A DNA stretch of 64,000 nt from Wickerhamiella versatilis (taxonomy: Eukaryota), in the NCBI GenBank assembly GCA_030867685.1, contig JAQOWU010000008.1, positions 2,728,001 through 2,792,000 of the forward strand, in the 5' to 3' direction. The position numbers and the translations under genes were made by a program. Each line of letters starts with the position of its first letter. Position 1 is the first letter of the stretch. The notes beneath the pieces are model-generated. The model ran no database searches and was not told the DNA's origin. It saw only the letters and a program-made list of their open reading frames with translations. This document shows positions 8,374 to 17,859 of the stretch, piece after piece.

Positions 8374-10068
8374 ATGAAAGAAAGGTATGTTCTTCATGGG
8401 ATACTCGAAAACTCCAGTAAGATAGATTTACCTGAGACAGCTCTCGAGGAAATCGCTAATAATGGTGAACTAGAGAGCCCGCTGGTTTTTCGGGTGACTG
8501 GACCTGGAGGGACTACGCATGCTGGCGTGCATCAGTTTAGTGCTCCTAGCGAGTCTATATTGGTTGGCAGATCCTTGGGTGAAGCTGTTGGTGCTCTCGA
8601 CCCGGGGACCCCGGTAGAAGTGGAACTTGTCAACCTACCAAAAGGCACTGGCGTAAAACTCAAGGCAGATGACCCAACGGTAGATTGGAAAGCTTTATTG
8701 GAGCGCTTTTTACCTCAATATTGCACAGCGTTGACTCAGGGTGATATATTAAAAGTGCCACATCTTGGTAAAGTTCATAGTGTTCGAGTCTTGTCATTGG
8801 AACCCGCAAGCGCAGTGTGCATCGTGGACACAGACCTTGACCTGGAAGTTGAAGCCCCTGTCATTGCGAGTGATGGTCAGAGGCACTATGAATTGGACGA
8901 TACCGTTCCTCTGAAGGAGTATGCACAGTCCATAGATATTCCTGACGAAAAACAAATAGTAATTGAGTGTGAAGGGCTTGCCTATATAGGGCCTGAGAAT
9001 GCCACAGTTCAGGATAGGTCATATCTCTGGATGTTGTGTGGAAGCAATAAATTGACACTGACTGACCCACCTCGCCCATTATGGGTTTGTGGGGAAGGCA
9101 CCGTGCGTGTTTACCTCAATAATGCAGCAAAAGGAACTAAGGAGTGCCCTACCTGTGGTCGTCGGGTTCCTGAGAATTCATGGTTACTTCATACTTCATT
9201 CTGTGCCCGACATACCGCTAGATGTAATGACTGTGGTAAGGCATTCCCTAACAGGGAGGTTCCCGTAGACCATTGGCACTGTGAGTGTGGCTCCACTGGG
9301 GAAGGCTGGAAAGAAAAGCATATGGCAACGCACAGCCCAGATCGGTGTGAGTGTGGTTACGCAACTCTAGTGGGTGATGTTGCACGTCATAGAGCACGCG
9401 ACTGTCCACTGCGGTTGAAAATCTGCAGATTCTGTCACCTCCTTGTGCCTCAGGGTGAAACTCAGCCACACCAGCGCCTTATGGGTCTTACAGCACACGA
9501 AGATGAGTGCGGCAGCAGGACTGCGGATTGCCCGTTTTGTGGCAAGCCTGTGCTTATGCGCAGTTTGCCTGCCCACATAGATGGCCATGATAATTATAGG
9601 CGCTCCAAGCCGCAGCCAGTAATGTGCGCAAATCGTAATTGCCCACATGCTCTTGATCCCACAGCGGTGGAACAACCGCCGCTTGGACTATGCCGAGCCT
9701 GTTATGGACCTCTCTATGCAAGGGGTCAGCATGACCCGGATGGGTCCCGACTAGCTGCAAGAGTGGAGCGGAGGTACATCCTACAGCTTACCCGAGGCTG
9801 TGGTCACAGTTGGTGTCAAAATCACTTATGTGCCACTGGCTCAGGGCGAAAACTAACTATTGCAGAGGCAATGGCTTGCGTGAAGTCGTTGCCCCAAGGC
9901 GAATACTTTTTCTGTGTCGATGAAATAGCGACCAGGAAGGCTATGTTTGTTTCGTTTGACGATGGTGAATACTCTCGAAACTGGCGTGGAATGGCTATAT
10001 CACGCTGTGCATCAGAGGCAGAGGCTCGCAAATGGCTTGAATTCAATGCTGCTAAAATTAATGAATAA
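8374..10068 (+). CDS. Ufd1-N domain + tandem TRAF/XAF1-like zinc fingers + AZUL-like zinc motif protein
   Basis: SSKIDLPETAL, THAGVHQFSA and LPKGTGVKL/ALTQGDIL (UFD1 N-domain); many CxxC/H motifs; YILQLTRGCGHSWCQNHLC (AZUL-like). Confidence 0.8.
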   Translation: MKERYVLHGILENSSKIDLPETALEEIANNGELESPLVFRVTGPGGTTHAGVHQFSAPSESILVGRSLGEAVGALDPGTPVEVELVNLPKGTGVKLKADDPTVDWKALLERFLPQYCTALTQGDILKVPHLGKVHSVRVLSLEPASAVCIVDTDLDLEVEAPVIASDGQRHYELDDTVPLKEYAQSIDIPDEKQIVIECEGLAYIGPENATVQDRSYLWMLCGSNKLTLTDPPRPLWVCGEGTVRVYLNNAAKGTKECPTCGRRVPENSWLLHTSFCARHTARCNDCGKAFPNREVPVDHWHCECGSTGEGWKEKHMATHSPDRCECGYATLVGDVARHRARDCPLRLKICRFCHLLVPQGETQPHQRLMGLTAHEDECGSRTADCPFCGKPVLMRSLPAHIDGHDNYRRSKPQPVMCANRNCPHALDPTAVEQPPLGLCRACYGPLYARGQHDPDGSRLAARVERRYILQLTRGCGHSWCQNHLCATGSGRKLTIAEAMACVKSLPQGEYFFCVDEIATRKAMFVSFDDGEYSRNWRGMAISRCASEAEARKWLEFNAAKINE

Positions 10069-10187
10069 TTACGACTCTGGTATAGTATTTTTAAACTCTT
10101 TTTGAGGCCTTATTATTACCCTAACTAACTAGCAAACTAACCATTTGCTTAAACATGTACATCAATTTTTTTAGGGTAATGAGCTGA

Positions 10188-12776
10188 TTAGAGATTTTCA
10201 GAACGGGAGAGCCATTTTTCTACATTGTTGACATCCTTCTCACGCCAAGAAATTGCTGATTTAACACGCTCCGTGCTAACATTCACGGCCTGGGTAATTC
10301 CAGAAAGATCCTTTGACGCGAAATACTCTTCGACCTCCTGAAGTTGATCTGGCTTCGTAAAGCCACTAATGGCATAGCTGACAATGCGCGCAAAGAGGCC
10401 AGTGGACACCGAGTAAATTCCTTGAAGTTCGCTCCAGTTTTTCTGAAGCCAGTTCCAGAGCATTACCTGGCCCTTGTTGTTCGAGGCTACTCCAGCTAAC
10501 GCGAAGAAGCCATCTTGAGGTCGGATCTCAGTGCTTAAAACACTGTCGAGAATACGCCTCAATTTTGACTCGTCTTCAGTAGCACCAAGAGAGATCAATG
10601 CATCATTTCCAGATGCGCCATGCGTGCCCTCTACATAATGGGTGAACAGCTTTTCCCATTGTTCACTGTTTCCAAACTTTGATACTGCGGAAAAGACAGA
10701 GGGGCGGAGATTGGGATTTACGTCAAAGCCATGCTGTTCAAACATCTCGAGGGCAGTCTTTACTACTTCACTATTTTCCACTTTGATAGCACTTGAAAAT
10801 AATCGCGAACGAAGTTGCGCTGTCTGAGCTGTATCCTCATCAGTGAAATGATATCCTAGCTCGCGTAATTTCGGAAGAGTAATTTTAGCCCTGAACGATT
10901 TGAAAAGATCACGCAATATTTCAGAATCGTACCGTAGAAGGCCACTTATATTTCTTATCTCATCATCCATAGCGAGCCAAACAACAGGCGACTTTTCATT
11001 ATACCATTGTTGAATCAATGAGAGTAGCTGAGTGCTTGATACATACCCCCCAGAGAGAGCTCCGAGGTCCATGATAAGACCGACGCGGTCCTCAACGCTG
11101 AGCTTGTCGCTAGAGGCCAAAACCTTCAGATGAGCATCAGTATATTGCACACGGAAAATTCCGGTCTGATCGGCATTCAGCTTCAAGTAGTCACCCTTCA
11201 AAACGGTACTGCGATCCTTTAGTAAATGAGTGGAATCAACAGTGCCATCTGACTTACGAATACCTAAAAAGACAGGGTACAATGTCTTATCATCCTCAGG
11301 GCCAACGTCAGCTGTCTTAAGGTACCGGTGCTGCTCGAGTGTCCCATCGTCATGGAGAGTAAGAAGTGGGTACCCCTGCTCTTTGGTCCAAACTTCCATA
11401 AGGGCTTTGACTTCTTTACCACTTGACTCTGATAAGGCTACCCACAAATCTTCGGTAGTAGTATTTCCGTAGGCATGCTTTCTTAAATAATGTGAAATTC
11501 CACGGATAAATTCATCTTCACCAAGATATTTCGAGATCATTCGGATAACACAAGAGCCTTTCAAGTAGGAAATTGCATCAAAAATCTGAGCAACCTCATC
11601 GGCCCGCGATACAGGGACCTCGATAGGATGGCTGCTCCGCAGACCGTCAAGTGAAAGGCACCCTTTAGCAACATTTGTGACATATGACTCCCAAACACGC
11701 CACTCCGGGAAGAAATGATTAGAGGAGAACCACGACATCCATGTAGCAAATCCTTCGTTTAGCCAAAGTCCTTCCCACCACTCCATGGTGACCAAATTCC
11801 CGAACCATTGATGGGCGAGTTCGTGCTGCACAACTTCGGCCACCCGCTGTTTGGTAGATAGCGAGTCTTTCTTCTCGTCATACATTATTTCTACAAGCCG
11901 GTAGGTGATCAATCCCCAATTCTCCATAGCACCCGCTGAAAAGTCATGTAGTCCAACCATATCACACTTCGGTAGTGGATACTCAATTCCGAATTTCTCT
12001 TCAAAGAAGGCTAAAGTTCTTGCAGCGAGGTCAGCTGAAAACTGGCAGCGCTCTTCCAACCCTGGGGTAGCATAAACGCGAACTGGCACACGAAAACTAT
12101 CAGACTGGACAAAGCGTAACTCACCCACGACGAACGCTACAAGGTAGGTGGACATTTTAGGAGTTGTATTGAATACCGTCAAAACTTTACCATCATCCCT
12201 GGGCGAAGTACTTTGTACGCTAGAATTCGAAATTACCGTCATCTCCGGATCAGCCGCTATGGAGATATCAAAAGTAGCTTTCAATGCTGGTTCGTCAAAG
12301 CAAGGAAACGCGCGGCGACAATCTGTAGGTTCCATTTGCGTCGTAGCAACACAGCGTGTATTTCCGTCGGCATCTTTATGAAGCGAGCGGTAAAATCCAC
12401 ACATTTGATCATTCAATATTCCGTCAAACTCGATTTCTAGACGACCATCTTTCGTGACGCTCTCTGGAAAAGTCCATGTAACCATCTGGGCATCTTTGTT
12501 GTATTCTTGGTTGATGGAGTCCACACCTTCAAAACTAACTTTTGAGAATGTCAACTCGAAGGCATTTAACGAGAGCTTATTGGTAGGTCTCTGGACCTCA
12601 AGGTCAATACCTACATTACCCTTATAGGTGTATTTGGACAAGTCTGGTTCAAGAAATAGCTTGTAGTGTTTCGGGATCACATTATCCGGTAGTACCAACC
12701 GTTTTTTGGAAGCCTGGGCGGCTTGACTAGAGCACATGCGAATGAGTTGACGTTGTGCCAACTTAAACATGTACAC
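10188..12776 (-). CDS. APE2: M1-family zinc aminopeptidase
   Basis: GAMENWGL and HELAHQWFGNLVT...WLNEGFA motifs; ERAP-like C-terminal domain. Confidence 0.93.
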   Translation of the reverse strand: MYMFKLAQRQLIRMCSSQAAQASKKRLVLPDNVIPKHYKLFLEPDLSKYTYKGNVGIDLEVQRPTNKLSLNAFELTFSKVSFEGVDSINQEYNKDAQMVTWTFPESVTKDGRLEIEFDGILNDQMCGFYRSLHKDADGNTRCVATTQMEPTDCRRAFPCFDEPALKATFDISIAADPEMTVISNSSVQSTSPRDDGKVLTVFNTTPKMSTYLVAFVVGELRFVQSDSFRVPVRVYATPGLEERCQFSADLAARTLAFFEEKFGIEYPLPKCDMVGLHDFSAGAMENWGLITYRLVEIMYDEKKDSLSTKQRVAEVVQHELAHQWFGNLVTMEWWEGLWLNEGFATWMSWFSSNHFFPEWRVWESYVTNVAKGCLSLDGLRSSHPIEVPVSRADEVAQIFDAISYLKGSCVIRMISKYLGEDEFIRGISHYLRKHAYGNTTTEDLWVALSESSGKEVKALMEVWTKEQGYPLLTLHDDGTLEQHRYLKTADVGPEDDKTLYPVFLGIRKSDGTVDSTHLLKDRSTVLKGDYLKLNADQTGIFRVQYTDAHLKVLASSDKLSVEDRVGLIMDLGALSGGYVSSTQLLSLIQQWYNEKSPVVWLAMDDEIRNISGLLRYDSEILRDLFKSFRAKITLPKLRELGYHFTDEDTAQTAQLRSRLFSSAIKVENSEVVKTALEMFEQHGFDVNPNLRPSVFSAVSKFGNSEQWEKLFTHYVEGTHGASGNDALISLGATEDESKLRRILDSVLSTEIRPQDGFFALAGVASNNKGQVMLWNWLQKNWSELQGIYSVSTGLFARIVSYAISGFTKPDQLQEVEEYFASKDLSGITQAVNVSTERVKSAISWREKDVNNVEKWLSRSENL

Positions 12777-12939
12777 CCTTACCCTCCCTTTGACTGTCTG
12801 AGCACATGCATGCCGTTAAGTTCAGGGATAGAAAAAGTGGAAGTTATAATGATCTATCACGGTCGTACTATTTAGTATTGCTCAATCCTGGAATACAGTT
12901 GAATTTATTCTCAGTACTATAATTTTAAATTGCTATGAT

Positions 12940-13551
12940 TTAGACAATATTGGAAATGAACTGAATAGCGCTGTTAATCAAGTGTGAAGCATCACTTCCC
13001 TGATTGAAATCACCGATGAAATCTTGTCCAACTTCTCTCATCAAACTCAAGGCTGCCCTTCCAGAGGGATCGGCTGCGAAGGCCGAATATTCGGCGCGGT
13101 GACGTTGACGGTTTTCAGAATGAACATCCTGAAGACGGGCATCAATGCTTGCCGTGCTAGTAGGGCGGGCAAAGAGAGAAGAAACAACTTCCATGTCGAA
13201 GTTGGAGGCGGCATTCTGGGCGTACGAAATATATTCTGAATAAACGGGATCGGTCTTGATGGATTCGTGCACACTGCTGAGCCCACTAACCAAGTTATAG
13301 ACACTTGTTGGATTTGGCTTTGGACCATCAGCTAGATAAAGGTTAGCAGCCTCAGTAGCCAGACTTGTGAACCCAGGAGGAGCCAGAGCACCCTCAGCTA
13401 ATTCGCGAGCTACGGATTTCATTGACGATAATGGTACGTCTGTTTTGCGCGCAGCAATAGCAAATTCCTCAAAGCTTTGTGATGCAGCACTCATATACCA
13501 AGGACGCTCGGCGGCAGCGACAATAGAAATAAAGAAGACGGGTGAAATCAT
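12940..13551 (-). CDS. Hypothetical secreted Ser/Ala-rich protein (203 aa)
   Basis: MISPVFFISIVAAA looks like a signal peptide; long ORF, no family recognised. Confidence 0.6.
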   Translation of the reverse strand: MISPVFFISIVAAAERPWYMSAASQSFEEFAIAARKTDVPLSSMKSVARELAEGALAPPGFTSLATEAANLYLADGPKPNPTSVYNLVSGLSSVHESIKTDPVYSEYISYAQNAASNFDMEVVSSLFARPTSTASIDARLQDVHSENRQRHRAEYSAFAADPSGRAALSLMREVGQDFIGDFNQGSDASHLINSAIQFISNIV

Positions 13552-14111
13552 TGTTTCTTCGGGTGAATTAAGAATTGAGATGCTGAAATTGTGCGATTTA
13601 AATAGCTTGCAGGACAATGTTGATAATGCACCTTATTCGAACCCTAACTTAGGATTATGATGCTCTTGCGAGGCAGAGTTAAATACCGTGCGTACACAAC
13701 CCAACTGCCTGTTTTCTTTTGTAAAACTAATAAAAAAAGTAAATGCGGTACACAACATTAGCTTTAATGCTAAGAAATTCCTCTCTGGTTTGTAGATTTA
13801 GTCGACGAACCATTTTTCCTCTTCGAATTTCAACCTGAAATGCCAGATCAGTGCTATAAAAAATCACATAGTAAAACCAACATATCACTTCAATTTATCC
13901 ATTGCTAAATGCTGCAATTTTCGGAGCATTTTACCTTCACCTGCTAATTGTCATACACTACATGTGGTTGCATCAATCACCGTGATACAGCAGCATAATC
14001 AAAAACGAAGATTTGCTTATAAAAATGGCAAATTAGGGGTAGAATATCAAACCTGTATCGATAGTTATCAGTAATTTGTGGAATATGTAGATTAGTCGTA
14101 TCAACTTAAGA

Positions 14112-15299
14112 CTATTTGAAAAATTTGGCCAAGGCTATCTGCGTATCTTCTGACCTCGCCATAACCTTAGCCACGGCAAGCTCAAAATCTTCTTGAGTAA
14201 CATGCACACGGTGCTCACGTAGAGCATACATACCTGCCTCTGTACAAACACCCTTAACTTCGGCTCCCGAGCATCCCGTCATTTTCTCAGCTATTTTGCG
14301 CATGTTGATACCTCGCGTCAAATTCATGCTCCTGGAATGAATACGAAGAATATCAGTTCTAGCTTCGACAGTGGGCGGTGGGAATTCAATCTTTCGGTCT
14401 ATCCGCCCAGGACGTAGAAGCGCCGGATCCAGAATATCCAGTCGATTCGTGGCCATTACAATTTTAATATCTTTTGAAGACTCAAATCCATCGAGTTGAT
14501 TCAGCAGTTCAAGCATTGTACGCTGTACTTCAGAATCACCACCCGAAGAGCCCTCGACCCGCGAAGAACCAATCGAGTCTATCTCGTCCATGAATATGAT
14601 TGAAGGTGCATGCTCACGGGCCATTACGAACAGTTCACGTACCATTCTGGAACCCTCACCAATATACTTTTGAACCAGTTCAGATCCAGAAACTCGGATA
14701 AACTTACACTCTGTATGGTGTGCCACAGCTCTGGCCAGGAGAGTCTTACCAGTACCAGGGGGGCCATACAGGATTACACCTTTCGGCTGGGCAATTCCCA
14801 AAGACTCGAACAGCTCTGGATGTTTGACCGGCAATTCAATAACTTCCTTAATTTCCTTGATCTGCTGGTCAAGACCACCAATCATATCAAAAGTAGAGTC
14901 AGGAACTTTTTCAACCATCATCAGACTAACCAGCGGATCTACCTTGTTTGGAAGGATCTGGTGGAGCTGATACGAGTCTGCACGGAGGCATACCCGTAGA
15001 CTGGGCTGGATCTTCTTGATATCGATTTCAGGGCTGATGTCGACAACATACTTGCCCTCGGGATGAACCTTCACTAAAACTTTGTCTTTTCCCATCACCT
15101 TTACAACCTCTCCCACGTATGATCCTGGCTCCTGAAGCAGTTGAAGCTCTTCCTTGAGTAGACGCACCTTGGAGTTCAGAGTATTACGCTGTGCTGCAAG
15201 ACGACGTAGATTCTGAAGCTTCGAGTTGATTGCCAACTCTACATCCTGTATATTCTGTTCAAAAAATGGCTTGAGCCCGTCTTGCGCTGCCGCCATCAT
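14112..15299 (-). CDS. RPT6: 26S proteasome AAA ATPase Rpt6
   Basis: [43 protein letters not shown]. Confidence 0.97.
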   Translation of the reverse strand: MMAAAQDGLKPFFEQNIQDVELAINSKLQNLRRLAAQRNTLNSKVRLLKEELQLLQEPGSYVGEVVKVMGKDKVLVKVHPEGKYVVDISPEIDIKKIQPSLRVCLRADSYQLHQILPNKVDPLVSLMMVEKVPDSTFDMIGGLDQQIKEIKEVIELPVKHPELFESLGIAQPKGVILYGPPGTGKTLLARAVAHHTECKFIRVSGSELVQKYIGEGSRMVRELFVMAREHAPSIIFMDEIDSIGSSRVEGSSGGDSEVQRTMLELLNQLDGFESSKDIKIVMATNRLDILDPALLRPGRIDRKIEFPPPTVEARTDILRIHSRSMNLTRGINMRKIAEKMTGCSGAEVKGVCTEAGMYALREHRVHVTQEDFELAVAKVMARSEDTQIALAKFFK

Positions 15300-15358
15300 G
15301 TATATGAATGTACGTTGTCGTTACGTAACTCGCGCCACCTTCTGCCTCTGAGGGACGT

Positions 15359-15595
15359 ATGAAGTTAGTGATTGCCACTCTGGTGGGATCAGAAGTTACT
15401 CTGGATGTTGAGCCAAACGAAAAAGTTCGGACCGTAAAGGAGCGTTTGGAGGAAAAAGAAGGAATTCCTCCCGAGCAACAGCGTCTTGTGTACGACGGCA
15501 AACATATCAATGACGATGCATCTTTAGATGATTATAGGCTTCAAGACGGGGCTAAACTCAATCTCGTTCTATCCTTGCGTGGTGGACGTTGCTAA
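15359..15595 (+). CDS. RUB1: NEDD8/Rub1 ubiquitin-like protein (divergent)
   Basis: KERLEEKEGIPP (E28/E31 NEDD8 signature), non-Arg residue 72, LRGG plus a 2-aa tail. Confidence 0.85.
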   Translation: MKLVIATLVGSEVTLDVEPNEKVRTVKERLEEKEGIPPEQQRLVYDGKHINDDASLDDYRLQDGAKLNLVLSLRGGRC

Positions 15596-15639
15596 GAGAA
15601 TTACTTTCTTTTTAATATTATGCCATTAGTGTATACTAG

Positions 15640-16395
15640 TTACTTTGAGGTTATAACACTTTCAAGTGTCTTCCACGTGATTCCAGAAGGACAGGTTAAT
15701 GAAATGCTCGTAAAATTCTCACCGTTTTTGGAGTAACTGATACGGTCGTTTATACATCTCTCCTCGACTGAACCATCTAAGTCAGAAAATACCCTACCAC
15801 GGTATAGCCCAAAAGACTTGTGGACAGTTGGTAGTTGTCCTAGATCTAGATGAACTGTTTCATTTGTTGGCAGCCACTCATCAGTCCTGTCATCCTGCTT
15901 CCAAATAGGAATTTTAGTATCCTTAAGAGCCGCGACTAGCACAGTCCAAAGGAGATCTACAGGAGGGCCGGTGCGGCTCAGAACTATTAACTGGGCATGA
16001 AGAACGCATTCACTCCTCCCTATAATAAACTGGTCGGATGGTATTTTTGAAGCCTCTATTAAACTCTGAATATATTGGGTTACTGCCATTTCTTCGTGAG
16101 TAGGGTACCCATTACGCCCCCCTCTGTGAATTTCAACATTGGCATAAATACCCCCCTCACCAGGCAATTGAGTGACAGATCCGGTAATACCACAAATCAC
16201 CGTTGAGCTGCCTGCACGGACAATTGCACTACCCAGGGCTTGATCGTTCTCACAAACACCACTTTTCACACTGACGTCTCGAGATTCCTCGAAGCCGCGA
16301 CCTGCAGGGCGTCTATTTTCATCTAAGAGTCGCTCGAGAAAAACTTCTGGAGCAAGACGGGCAAAGACCTCCTCTGGCAAGGTCCTTGGTTCCAT
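15640..16395 (-). CDS. RRP43: Exosome RNase PH-like subunit Rrp43
   Basis: LPEEVFARLAPEVFLER...RRPAGRGFEESR and GSAIVRAGSSTVICGI. Confidence 0.8.
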   Translation of the reverse strand: MEPRTLPEEVFARLAPEVFLERLLDENRRPAGRGFEESRDVSVKSGVCENDQALGSAIVRAGSSTVICGITGSVTQLPGEGGIYANVEIHRGGRNGYPTHEEMAVTQYIQSLIEASKIPSDQFIIGRSECVLHAQLIVLSRTGPPVDLLWTVLVAALKDTKIPIWKQDDRTDEWLPTNETVHLDLGQLPTVHKSFGLYRGRVFSDLDGSVEERCINDRISYSKNGENFTSISLTCPSGITWKTLESVITSK

Positions 16396-16589
16396 ACGAC
16401 TTAGTATATGATTATTAAGAGTTAAATGTCTTCTTCACTTAGCATGTTGGAGATAAACAGAGTAGACTGAAGATATCAGCCATGAACTTAAGGACTGTCA
16501 ACTAATAATCTTCCGAAATAAAAAACAATTTACCGAGGTGGATTTAGTCCATGACCTCACAATTCTTCACAGTGTCTGACTAAAGATAT

Positions 16590-16877
16590 ATGGGGGGGCC
16601 GGCCTACCTTCAATACTGTAGCTGTGATTGTGGTACTGGCCACGGTCTTGTGGAACTTTGGGATGACAAGGGAAATCATCTACCCTGTAGCAACTGTACA
16701 AAAGAGCTTTGCAGTCGGCAAAAGGAATGTCTCGGAGTCAATATTGATTTAGTACAGAGTGTTTGTTTTCAAAGAGAGTCGCTCAAGGATGCAGTAATTG
16801 TTTGGTTTTTCCTGCTAATTGTAATGGGAATGACGGGTCTCGCAATTTACAGGCGTTACATCTTGCCCCGACGCTAA
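16590..16877 (+). CDS. Small conserved fungal Cys-rich single-TM protein of unknown function
   Basis: YCSCDC...CSNCTKELC...C...CFQRESLKD followed by a transmembrane helix and a basic tail. Confidence 0.7.
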   Translation: MGGPAYLQYCSCDCGTGHGLVELWDDKGNHLPCSNCTKELCSRQKECLGVNIDLVQSVCFQRESLKDAVIVWFFLLIVMGMTGLAIYRRYILPRR

Positions 16878-16991
16878 GAGAACACGCAAAAACCACTACT
16901 TAATAAATATATACGGTCTATAATACATACATAGAGATCACTGAAGCATAAGTGCTGGATAATAAAATGAATAATAACAGTCCATTTTAGC

Positions 16992-17651
16992 TCAGCTAAA
17001 GGCCCTAAGGGCAGTGAATGCCAAATTGACGCCCGCGCCAATACCTGCTACTACAGACTGACGTCGATTGAAGATGCCGATTTTCAGGAGCACAAGCATG
17101 AATACACCCGCAAAGGCACCTATGGCAAATGAAATAATCTCGCCCATGCGATCATTGTTCAAAGTAGAATCCTCCGATAGCCACTGCTCCTCTAATTCTT
17201 GCCTTTCAATATCTGTTGCATCATATAGTTCATCAAATTGTTCTCGAAGCCCTGCCACCTCATCGTCACCCAATATATCCCTCAATCTATCTAATCCTCT
17301 CCGTTCTGGCTGTACATTGGGCACAATTTGATCCTGATTCTGCCCACCTAGGAAAGACTCTCGTGTGTCCCCATCATCATCGAATTCATCACGACTCATA
17401 ATTGTTCCAATCGAACATAATACAAATGACTTTTTCTGCCCATTCGGGAAAAGTTGCTTTAGGTCTGTGGCGTCTGCCAGAATACGACCCTGATGAACGA
17501 ACCTCAATCGCCGATTCAAGGTTGCATGTCCAATCTCCTGGCGAACAAATCGCCGAAGATTCGCTAAGCTGAGGGTTGATAAATCGTCCGTAGTATATTC
17601 GAGATCAGTGTGCGGAAGACGAAGAACTACCACCCATGGAGACTCGGTCAT
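16992..17651 (-). CDS. DSC3: Dsc E3 ligase subunit Dsc3 (UBL + DUF2407-like + TMs)
   Basis: RRLRFVHQGRIL and FVLCSIG (UBL); RGLDRL...LREQF...LEEQWL; C-terminal hydrophobic segments. Confidence 0.8.
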   Translation of the reverse strand: MTESPWVVVLRLPHTDLEYTTDDLSTLSLANLRRFVRQEIGHATLNRRLRFVHQGRILADATDLKQLFPNGQKKSFVLCSIGTIMSRDEFDDDGDTRESFLGGQNQDQIVPNVQPERRGLDRLRDILGDDEVAGLREQFDELYDATDIERQELEEQWLSEDSTLNNDRMGEIISFAIGAFAGVFMLVLLKIGIFNRRQSVVAGIGAGVNLAFTALRAFS

Positions 17652-17859
17652 ATAGTTATATAAGCTACTTTTAGGTTCTCATCATGATCAATAACCATGA
17701 GGACCACAAGTTGGAATTAAACAGATTCCAACTCAGTGCGTTCACTTTATAAGTATAATATTTCTTGTTAGACTAAAGTCGAGTAGTAGTAATTTTAGCG
17801 GCCCAAAACCCACGCGTCCTACTATTTACAGGCGAGATGAGCAGAGGGTAATTTTGAGC

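Noticed and set aside
13630-13710. B-box-like GGTTCGAA on the minus strand (possible tRNA)
   Set aside because: No T-stem or acceptor stem can be formed
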